64,000 nucleotides of DNA from Deltaproteobacteria bacterium (GTDB lineage Bacteria > Desulfobacterota > DSM-4660 > Desulfatiglandales > HGW-15), in assembly GCA_016930795.1 (NCBI GenBank), contig JAFGFY010000093.1:6306-70305 (forward strand). Direction: 5' to 3'. The notes below the pieces were generated by a model that had not been told where the DNA came from, ran no database searches, and saw only the letters and a program-made list of their open reading frames with translations. Position 1 is the stretch's first letter; each line of letters opens with the position of its first letter. Positions 54,278-62,566 of the stretch are shown here, piece after piece. A program made the position numbers and the translations under genes.

Positions 54278-57200
54278 ATGAAAAACTGTCCTCTTTCATC
54301 AAAGTCGTTAATGACCCGGGTACTATTGATCTCTGTTTTCTCGTTAACCCTTGTTCAAGGCTGCTCAAAAATATCCCCATCTGAACAGGCAAAAAGCATT
54401 CTTGAAGAATCAGGTATTCAAGGTGGACTTATTGTACAGGTCAATTGCGGAGACGGGATCCTGACTGAAGCCCTTAAGGCGGGCGACAGCTTCCTTGTCC
54501 AGGGGCTGGATCCGGAAATGGATAATGTACAAAAAGCTCGGGAATATATCGCATCCAGACAGGCTTACGGCCCGATATCGGTTGATCAACTCACAGGGAG
54601 TGTTCTGCCGTATAAGGACAATCTGGTCAATATGATCGTTGCAGAAGATCTTGGAGAGATTTCTGAAGATGAAGCAATGCGAGTACTTACGCCAAATGGT
54701 GTACTTTTCACAAAAGGGCTCCATGGCTGGAAAAAGATGGTCAAAGAAAAGCCGGACGGATTAGACGAATGGAACCAGTATTTGTACAACGCAGGCGGCA
54801 ACCCGGTTTCCAAGGACGAAACAGTAGGACCGATAAGAAATTATCAATGGATCGGGAGCCCCCGGTGGGGCAGACACCATGATACGACGGCAAGCATGAG
54901 CGCGCTTGTTTCCGCCAATGGGAGGATTTTTTACATCATGGATGAAGGCCCAACCGAATCCATCCAGTTGCCCCCTGAACACTTCCTTATTGCGCGCGAT
55001 GCCTATAATGGGACCGTCCTGTGGAAAAAACCGATTCCCGAGTGGTACAACCACATGTTCAGTCTGAAGAGTGGGCCCGCTTATCTACCGAGACGTCTGG
55101 TGGCCGTTGGAGACCGTGTTTATGTCACCCTGGGCATCAATGCTTCATTAAGTGAGCTGGATGCCGCGACCGGCGAAGTCATGCGGACTTTTCCGAATAC
55201 TGAAGAGACCTCAGAAATCATTTTTTCGGACAACACACTCTTTATCCTGATCGGGCGCCCGGAGAAGTCAAAGGCGACTTACGCTCCCAAGAAAACCTAT
55301 GTCTGGGACAATGCCGACTGGGCGAGATTAGAATGGGCCTGGGGTAAAACGCCCAGTCAGATAGCGGCCATCAGTGTTTCAAATGGGGAGACACTCTGGA
55401 AAATGAAATCTCCCGTTGCCCCTCTGTCTCTTTCAGCCGATACGCAAGCCGTATATTTTTATAACGGGGAAAAGATCATTTGCCTCGATCGCAGCAATGG
55501 GACCATCGATTGGCAATCCGAGGCGATTCAAACCAAGAGGATCGACACATCATACTCGCCCAGAATTGTTGTTTCCGACGACGTTCTCCTCTTTTCTATA
55601 GGACCCAAAGGATTCGGCCAACCGGGAAAAGTGATCGCGCTGTCAACCCAGGACGGCAAAAACCTGTGGGATGCTCCGCAGCCAGGTTCAGGGCATTACT
55701 CTCCAGAAGATGTATTTGTAATCGATGGTTTAGTCTGGACCGGACAAACGGCAAATGTCCAGGATAGTGGGAATTACTATGGTAGAGACCTTAAAACAGG
55801 AGAACTGGTTGAAGAGATTCCGGGCTATCAAGCAAAATACTGGTTTCATCAAAGATGTTACATAAGCAAAGCGACAGAAAAATATATTATACCGTCGCGA
55901 ACGGGAATTGAATTTGTCGACCTCCAAGCCAAAGAATGGGATATAAACCACTATGTTCGTGGCGGATGCATTTATGGCATCATGCCCAGCAATGGACTCA
56001 TCTACGCGCCGCCTCATGCTTGCGCCTGCTATATGGAAGCGAAATTGAACGGGTTTTGTGCCATGGGGCCGGCCGACAATTCCAAACATAATATTCAGTC
56101 GACTGAGGTAAACAGACTGGAAAAGGGGCCTGCCTATCATCAAGAGATAACCGACAGTGCGGGAGCCCAAGACTGGCCAACCTATCGCCATGATACCAAA
56201 CGGAGCGCTTATACGACGACGAAGGTCTCATCGGACATCGAAACCCAATGGAAGCTGAAGCTCGGGGGAAAATTGAGCAGTCCGGTTGTCGCAGGCAACA
56301 GGATATACGTATCCAAGGTGGACGCCCATACGCTATATGCTATGAACGCGAGCAATGGAGAAATAATCTGGAAGTACATTGCTGGAGGGCGTATAGACTC
56401 CCCTCCAACCATATACAAAGGACGCGTATTGTTCGGTTCGGCAGACGGCTATGTCTATTGCCTCAATTCAACAGACGGTGTTCTTATCTGGCGTTTCCGC
56501 GCGGCTCCAATGGATTTTCGCATGGTCGCTTACGAACAGGTGGAATCGGTCTGGCCGGTACATGGAAACGTTCTTCTTCAAAATGACAAAATATATTGCG
56601 TCGCCGGCAGATCGGTGTTCATGGATGGGGGAATGCGCCTTCTTCAACTAAATCCCATAACCGGTGAAAAACTTTCGGAAATCGTCCTTAATGAAATCAA
56701 TCCGGAAACAGGCGAGAACCTTCATGAGTATATTCAAGGTCTCAATATGCCTGTCGGACTGTCCGATATTCTATCCAGTGATGGGAAATATATCTATATG
56801 CGCTCCCAGCAGTTCGATCCTAACGGAAACAGGCGGCATATCGAGGTCAGGGATGTTGGGGATCAGACAGGTGAAGGGGCACATATCTTTTCTCCAATCG
56901 GATTCCTTGACGATACCCAATTCTCTAGATCTTATATGATGTTCGGCAAGAGCGTAACGAGCGGTTGGGGTTCATGGGAAGTCATGGGTCGACTCACGCC
57001 TTCCGGCCGTCTGATCGCGGTTGATGATATGAACGTATATGGGTATGCGCGTAAGCCGGAGTTCCTTAGTGAATCGACAGTTTTGGAGTACCAGTTGTAC
57101 GCAGCGGCCAAATCAAGCCGACCTGAAGATATTGAGAGAGTGAACCAGCCTCTGTTTCCGGCACCAAAGGCAAAACCGAAAGTACCGGCCAAAGCCAAAC

Positions 57201-57694
57201 CTCTTACAGAGACAGCGCCCGAACCTGTGGCAAAGGCGAAACCAGCCCCAAAACCCAAAGTCGGCGGAATGGGAAACATGCCTGTCAGCTTTATCTCCAC
57301 CGGGGATTGGAAACTCCGGCAGGGGATTCCGAAGTCCGATCAATCAGCCCTGAGCTTCAAGTGGCAGGTAGATAAGCCGGACATTCAGGTCCGCGCCATG
57401 GTCGTTGCCGATAAAATACTTTTTGTTGCCGGGCCTCCGGATATCGTAGACGAAGAAGAGGCCTTTTTCGCGATGGACGATTCAGCAATTCTTGAGAGAC
57501 TTGCTGAACAGAGCGAACTTCTAAAGGGAAAAGATGGCGCGCGCATCTGGGCTGTATCCACTCAAAATGGTGAGAGACTCTCCGAGTACAGGCTGGATTC
57601 CCTTCCTGTCTGGGATGGTATGATCGCGGCAGACGAGAAGCTGTACCTGACAACCATGAATGGCGATGTCGCCTGTCTCTCTGAAAAAAAATAG
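54278..57694 (+). CDS. Lipoprotein with N-terminal class-I methyltransferase-like fold and PQQ/BamB-like beta-propeller repeats, 1138 aa
   Basis: Lipobox LTLVQGC, then GGLIVQVNCGDGILTEAL...VQGLDPEMDNV...LPYKDNLVNMIVAE. Repeated propeller blades follow (GEIIWKY, GVLIWRF, GTVLWKK). A Pro/Ala/Lys-rich linker lies at ~57158-57268. Confidence 0.85.
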   Translation: MKNCPLSSKSLMTRVLLISVFSLTLVQGCSKISPSEQAKSILEESGIQGGLIVQVNCGDGILTEALKAGDSFLVQGLDPEMDNVQKAREYIASRQAYGPISVDQLTGSVLPYKDNLVNMIVAEDLGEISEDEAMRVLTPNGVLFTKGLHGWKKMVKEKPDGLDEWNQYLYNAGGNPVSKDETVGPIRNYQWIGSPRWGRHHDTTASMSALVSANGRIFYIMDEGPTESIQLPPEHFLIARDAYNGTVLWKKPIPEWYNHMFSLKSGPAYLPRRLVAVGDRVYVTLGINASLSELDAATGEVMRTFPNTEETSEIIFSDNTLFILIGRPEKSKATYAPKKTYVWDNADWARLEWAWGKTPSQIAAISVSNGETLWKMKSPVAPLSLSADTQAVYFYNGEKIICLDRSNGTIDWQSEAIQTKRIDTSYSPRIVVSDDVLLFSIGPKGFGQPGKVIALSTQDGKNLWDAPQPGSGHYSPEDVFVIDGLVWTGQTANVQDSGNYYGRDLKTGELVEEIPGYQAKYWFHQRCYISKATEKYIIPSRTGIEFVDLQAKEWDINHYVRGGCIYGIMPSNGLIYAPPHACACYMEAKLNGFCAMGPADNSKHNIQSTEVNRLEKGPAYHQEITDSAGAQDWPTYRHDTKRSAYTTTKVSSDIETQWKLKLGGKLSSPVVAGNRIYVSKVDAHTLYAMNASNGEIIWKYIAGGRIDSPPTIYKGRVLFGSADGYVYCLNSTDGVLIWRFRAAPMDFRMVAYEQVESVWPVHGNVLLQNDKIYCVAGRSVFMDGGMRLLQLNPITGEKLSEIVLNEINPETGENLHEYIQGLNMPVGLSDILSSDGKYIYMRSQQFDPNGNRRHIEVRDVGDQTGEGAHIFSPIGFLDDTQFSRSYMMFGKSVTSGWGSWEVMGRLTPSGRLIAVDDMNVYGYARKPEFLSESTVLEYQLYAAAKSSRPEDIERVNQPLFPAPKAKPKVPAKAKPLTETAPEPVAKAKPAPKPKVGGMGNMPVSFISTGDWKLRQGIPKSDQSALSFKWQVDKPDIQVRAMVVADKILFVAGPPDIVDEEEAFFAMDDSAILERLAEQSELLKGKDGARIWAVSTQNGERLSEYRLDSLPVWDGMIAADEKLYLTTMNGDVACLSEKK

Positions 57695-57766
57695 TGTATT
57701 AATATCTGCAAGGATTTTGCTACATAAATAAGATTTAGCATAATTTTAATAAAAGGAGAATGCTCT

Positions 57767-58516
57767 ATGACTGAATCCAAAAAATTCGAAGACGAGAAGA
57801 GGATAGATCGTCGCCAATTCTTGGTCGGCGGCGGTGCCGCCCTGGCTGCGGGAGCGCTGGCAGCAGGCGTTCCGGGCACTGCCAAGGCAGCTTCGCCACA
57901 ATCAAACGCCAGGAAAGCATCCTATCCGAAATCCGAAGCGTACCTGGTTTATGACAGCCGGCTTTGCCTCGGCTGTCAGAGCTGCATGTTCGCATGTTCC
58001 CTGACACATGAGGGTGTGGCGAATCCATCCCTGTCCAGGATTCAGATCATCAGGGATGCACCTTCATTTACCAAGTATCCCTATGACGTTGTGATAGCGG
58101 TTTGTAGACAATGCGTTTCTCCCTTATGCGTGCAGGTCTGTCCAACGGGTGCCTGCTTTATAGACGAAGCCAACGGCAACATCAGACGGATCGACCAGTC
58201 AAAATGCGTGGGTTGTCAAAGGTGCATTCAGTCCTGCCCACAAAAACCGCACCGGACAATCTGGGATTCTGTTAAACTCAAATCGACCAAATGCGACCTG
58301 TGTGAAGGTGCTCCCTTTTGGAACGAAAAGGGAGGCCCTGAGGGGAAACAGGCCTGTGTCGAAACCTGCCCGGTCCATGCGCTTAAACTCGTCAAGAAGG
58401 CGCCCAATCAGAGGGATATAGACGGGTATGACGTCAACCTCGCACCGCCGCCTCGTAAAATCACTTTTCCGGGAATGGGGGCTCCTGAACCAGCGGCAAA
58501 GAAGGGAGGTGAATAG
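57767..58516 (+). CDS. Tat-signal 4x[4Fe-4S] ferredoxin-like electron-transfer subunit (YdhX-like)
   Basis: DRRQFLVGGGAALAAGALAAGVPGTAKA, with cluster motifs CLGCQSCMFAC, CRQCVSPLCVQVCP, CVGCQRCIQSCP and CDLC...CVETCP. Confidence 0.9.
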   Translation: MTESKKFEDEKRIDRRQFLVGGGAALAAGALAAGVPGTAKAASPQSNARKASYPKSEAYLVYDSRLCLGCQSCMFACSLTHEGVANPSLSRIQIIRDAPSFTKYPYDVVIAVCRQCVSPLCVQVCPTGACFIDEANGNIRRIDQSKCVGCQRCIQSCPQKPHRTIWDSVKLKSTKCDLCEGAPFWNEKGGPEGKQACVETCPVHALKLVKKAPNQRDIDGYDVNLAPPPRKITFPGMGAPEPAAKKGGE

Positions 58517-58518
58517 AA

Positions 58519-60594
58519 ATGCTATATGGATATGCAGGCAAAATTCTGAAAGTAAATCTGACAACAAAGGATATAGGCATGATTGACACCGCAAAATATG
58601 AGGAGTTTGGAGGAGGCGTCGGTATGGGTGCCGCCATATTCTGGGATCTGGCCGTTGTTCCCGGTGATTGGGATCTACAGGACGCGTTTGATCCGCGCAA
58701 TGTGATTTCATTAATGTCCGGTCCTCTGGCAGGCACGGGCGTCCCAGGCGGCGGTCGGACCAGCGTCTGTGCCATAGCCCCGGAGACCTTCCCCGCTCCT
58801 TTGTTTCATCGGACGAGTTTTGGGGGCAGGTTTGCCATGATGCTGAAGTTCGCGGGCTGGGACGGCGTCGTTATACACGGTAAAGCGGACAGCCCTGTTT
58901 GGATAAACATCATTAACGACAAAGTCACTATCGAAGACGGAAAACATTTGTGGGGGCTGGACACATTTGAAGCACAGGATGAAATAACCTCCGCCGTTTC
59001 CGGGCGGACAAGGTTCGGACAGCAGTGGCAGCAAATAGGAGAGGACTACACAACTGCAAGACCGCAAATCGTTTGCATCGGCCCCGTGGGAGAATCCATG
59101 ACGCGTGTCGCATCCCTGATACATGGCAGCGGCGTTGCGGCCCGCACAGGAGGATTTGGCGGTGTTTTCGGATCCAAAAACCTGAAAGCCGTCAGTGTGA
59201 TCGGTACCGGAGGTATCGAAGTGGCGGATCCCGCGGGAATTGTGGATACAAGGCTTTGGCATACACGGAATTTCCCCAGAATTACATATGCGTCTCCAGG
59301 CACCGGTTCGTGTATGCCCTGTATCAATAACGACCGGAAGAGGAATTCCTATTACGGCGGAGAATCCATGTGCGCCGAAGAATACTGGTATATGGGCAAA
59401 CAGGAACCCGGACAGATGATGGGGGGTGACCGCAGCGTCCTGATGCGAGGGGCGGATATCGCCGTCAGATGGGGAATCTGCACCTGGGCGACAAAATTCG
59501 GTGGCGCTATAACACTGCCCATGCCCAACGCCCCGGCAGCTTTCAAGGGAATGGTCCCCATGGAACCCGGAATGGGTTGGTACATAAAATATCTTTATGA
59601 AATCGGCGAACTCGGTCCCGGCAAGAAAATAGAATCCCATCCCCTGCCCATGGATCAATGGGACACATTGAAATTCCGTGAAATATTCTGCGATGCGATC
59701 GCCCGGAGAGTCGGGATTGGTGAGGATCTGGCGGAAGGATTTTTAGAGGCTGTCAATAAGTGGGGCCGGTTGGAAGAGGACATGAACGCGGGCACATTAC
59801 GACTCCCCGCCTGGGGGGCGAGTTGGCATCATTCACTACCTGAAGTATGCTGGGCTTATAGCTACATATTTATGTCCGGCGACCCGGTATGGCACGGATT
59901 TTTCGGCCTTTCAGGGGGAGGAGGATTCGGAGGCCCCGCCACCTATACTGCGGAAGAACTGGTCGAAACGATGACCAAAAAAGTTGTACCCTTTGATGAC
60001 GATCCACTCATATTCAGTAATTCATGGAAAGGTAAAGACGCCTTTAAGACGGGCATCTATTCCCCTCACAAGGCCAAAATGCTGGCCTGGGCCAGGCGTT
60101 ACGCGGGATTCTATAACGAAGCCATGTCCATCTGCGAAATGCTACTGCCCAGCTTCATAAGTAGCGGTCCGAAAGGTATCGCGGGGCCCAGCCCGGAGCT
60201 GGAATACCGCTACTACAAGGCCGTCACGGGGAGTAATGAGACTTTCGCTGACACAATAGAAACCGGCAGGAAGATATGGAACATGGAACGAGCCATAAGG
60301 GTAATGGCTGGAAGACACCGGGATCAGGAAAAGTTCGCCCCGTTCATGCATATGCCCGGCGCGACCTTCCCAATTGGCGGCAGCAAACCTGTTTATGTAA
60401 ACGGCAAGTGGAGTTTTGAAGATCAGAATGATCTGTACCTGGATAGAGAGGGTGTGGAGCAGTTTAAGACTCACTTCTACAGACTGGAGGGATGGGATGT
60501 CGATAGCGGATGGCCCACAAGGAAAACCCTTGAAGAATTGGGTATGAAAAAGGTCGCTGATGTACTCGCAAGCAAAGAGAGGCTAGGCGCCTGA
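58519..60594 (+). CDS. Aldehyde:ferredoxin oxidoreductase family (W/Mo-pterin) enzyme, long YdhV-like form, 691 aa
   Basis: The N-terminus MLYGYAGKILKVNLTTKD...EFGGGVGMGAAIFWDL is typical of AOR. It starts 2 nt after the ferredoxin stop. Confidence 0.92.
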   Translation: MLYGYAGKILKVNLTTKDIGMIDTAKYEEFGGGVGMGAAIFWDLAVVPGDWDLQDAFDPRNVISLMSGPLAGTGVPGGGRTSVCAIAPETFPAPLFHRTSFGGRFAMMLKFAGWDGVVIHGKADSPVWINIINDKVTIEDGKHLWGLDTFEAQDEITSAVSGRTRFGQQWQQIGEDYTTARPQIVCIGPVGESMTRVASLIHGSGVAARTGGFGGVFGSKNLKAVSVIGTGGIEVADPAGIVDTRLWHTRNFPRITYASPGTGSCMPCINNDRKRNSYYGGESMCAEEYWYMGKQEPGQMMGGDRSVLMRGADIAVRWGICTWATKFGGAITLPMPNAPAAFKGMVPMEPGMGWYIKYLYEIGELGPGKKIESHPLPMDQWDTLKFREIFCDAIARRVGIGEDLAEGFLEAVNKWGRLEEDMNAGTLRLPAWGASWHHSLPEVCWAYSYIFMSGDPVWHGFFGLSGGGGFGGPATYTAEELVETMTKKVVPFDDDPLIFSNSWKGKDAFKTGIYSPHKAKMLAWARRYAGFYNEAMSICEMLLPSFISSGPKGIAGPSPELEYRYYKAVTGSNETFADTIETGRKIWNMERAIRVMAGRHRDQEKFAPFMHMPGATFPIGGSKPVYVNGKWSFEDQNDLYLDREGVEQFKTHFYRLEGWDVDSGWPTRKTLEELGMKKVADVLASKERLGA

Positions 60595-60624
60595 TACGAT
60601 ATAGTCCACAATCGCTGATCATAG

Positions 60625-60655
60625 AAAGCGGGAGCGCATCCATCGCTCCCGCTTT
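60625..60655. terminator. Bidirectional hairpin terminator (AOR / cupin convergent pair)
   Basis: The stem pairs AAAGCGGGAGCG with CGCTCCCGCTTT (12 bp), with a 7-nt loop. Confidence 0.75.
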
Positions 60656-60694
60656 CAAATGAACATTACTTCAGCCTGTAACTTAAAAGCTTCT

Positions 60695-61045
60695 TCATTC
60701 GTACTCATTTGGTACGGCACAGATGATCACGAATGGATCAGTCTCCGACATGTTTTGGAACTGGTGTTTTTCATTAGGAAGAATTAGGGCGAATTCTCCG
60801 GCCTTGATTGGATGTTTTACACCCTCGGCATCCACCAGGACGCCTTGACCATTGATCACATAATTCAAGTGCTCAAAATCATGGCTATGATAAGGAGTAT
60901 GACCGTTCGGTTCAATCGTAAACACGCGGAAGCAGAAAGATGGTGAACCGTCTTCCTTTGATATGGGGACCTGTTTGAATACTCCCTCAGCCCCTTCCAT
61001 GGCCATTCTTACTTTTTTGACATCTTCAAGTCTGATCGTTCTCAT
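60695..61045 (-). CDS. Cupin-domain protein, 116 aa
   Basis: HSHDFEHLNYVINGQGVL...GEFALILPNEKHQF. Confidence 0.85.
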   Translation of the reverse strand: MRTIRLEDVKKVRMAMEGAEGVFKQVPISKEDGSPSFCFRVFTIEPNGHTPYHSHDFEHLNYVINGQGVLVDAEGVKHPIKAGEFALILPNEKHQFQNMSETDPFVIICAVPNEYE

Positions 61046-61090
61046 CGCTCTTTTCCTACATATCTCCCCCGTCGTCTGTAATAGAAAGGT

Positions 61091-62434
61091 CTATGAAGGC
61101 AAGTGTTCCTTGGCTACATTGATGAGCGCCCTTACTGTCTCCTCCTTTCCCTGATCGATCTGGCATCCCGGGCTGAGAATAAATCCGCCACCCCTGCCGC
61201 AGTAATCAATGAGATCTTTGCAGTATTCGGTTACTTGATCTGCTGTACCTGCCTTTATCATGCTGATGGGTACATTACCCATCAGACAGAAATGATCACC
61301 AAGCACATCCTTTGCCCTGTGCATATCGGTCTGATCAAAAAACCAAACCGTGGATCTTGGTGGAAGATCCGATATCACTTCCAGTCTTCTGTTATAGATT
61401 CCCTCCGCAAAGGGAGCGGGTATCATTCCTTCATTAATGAGTTTTAAAAGGGACTTTCTGAAGGTCGGCCAGTAAAATCTCTCAAATTGCCTATCGCTCA
61501 TATGAGCGTCGTCACCCTTGTGCAAAGGTATCAGGACGAGGGGCGACCCACCAAGAGGGATATCAGGATCAGGCATCAGTGTCATGATCTTTTCACATGC
61601 CGCAATGACTTTATCAGGATTGCGATAAAGGTCAGTCATAATGCCCTTTGTCCCTCTAAGCTGATCTCCCAGGAAATCAAAGGGGGCAGATCCTGCTGGA
61701 GTGAGGGGCAATCCGGCCATGGATGGGTATCCCATGGAATCGAGTTGGTTCATCATCTTAAAAGAGACTTGAAAGGGTCTCATTGACAATACAGCGGATT
61801 TGTTCATGATATCTATCGCTTCCTGTACCTCAGGATCAGCAAAGGCCCTGCCGACACCACCCATACCCATGGCCCCGAACAAGAACTGTGGTAACTTACT
61901 CAGGCCTTTCAGGGCACTGTTTGCCCTTGGGAGGTAAAACCTGAGCATGAAATCGGATGGATCATTAATGAAGTGATCATATTCATCTTCCGTCATGTGT
62001 TCTATTTCAAGAGCCTGGTAGGGACAGTCATCCGGAAGCCCATAACCAGGCCATTTCATAGTGGTTATTCCCAGGAGTTCCATAGAGGCACCAGACATCA
62101 GAAAGACCATGGAACTCGTATCAGGCTCAAAGTCCCTATGAAACTCAATCATTGCCTCAGCAACATCTTCCCACCTGTCATACATCGTGTCGACTTGATG
62201 AAGACCCGCGTGTTGAATGGCGAATCCTCCAGCCATGACACTTACCGGAACACGGGCAGGTGCCTTTTTCATCTCAACGGCGTCTCTGAAAAGAGTGATG
62301 CGTTCAATGTAGTTCTGCTTAGCTTCAGGACCTTCAAACTGGATATGCTCCGCCGAGTTCACCCATGCGTCAAGCCTCATTTCCCTCTTCTCATCAATTG
62401 TTAGTTCATGCCAATTGTCAGGTTTGTTTTGCAT
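61091..62434 (-). CDS. Uroporphyrinogen-decarboxylase (URO-D)-fold family protein, function unknown
   Basis: The 447-aa length and the C-terminal pattern (…DQTDMHRAKDVLGDHFCLMGNVP…) are typical of URO-D/MtaA-like proteins. Confidence 0.8.
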   Translation of the reverse strand: MQNKPDNWHELTIDEKREMRLDAWVNSAEHIQFEGPEAKQNYIERITLFRDAVEMKKAPARVPVSVMAGGFAIQHAGLHQVDTMYDRWEDVAEAMIEFHRDFEPDTSSMVFLMSGASMELLGITTMKWPGYGLPDDCPYQALEIEHMTEDEYDHFINDPSDFMLRFYLPRANSALKGLSKLPQFLFGAMGMGGVGRAFADPEVQEAIDIMNKSAVLSMRPFQVSFKMMNQLDSMGYPSMAGLPLTPAGSAPFDFLGDQLRGTKGIMTDLYRNPDKVIAACEKIMTLMPDPDIPLGGSPLVLIPLHKGDDAHMSDRQFERFYWPTFRKSLLKLINEGMIPAPFAEGIYNRRLEVISDLPPRSTVWFFDQTDMHRAKDVLGDHFCLMGNVPISMIKAGTADQVTEYCKDLIDYCGRGGGFILSPGCQIDQGKEETVRALINVAKEHLPS

Positions 62435-62566
62435 TTCTCTTCTCCTGTTTTCTATAGATTTGCAATAGGATAATGAGAATTCCGTTTTTTACAGATGCAT
62501 TCATTTTCCCTCGAATGGGCGTAAGAAGAAAAGGCCATTCTGAAGTGATGGATATTCTAGTCAGGT

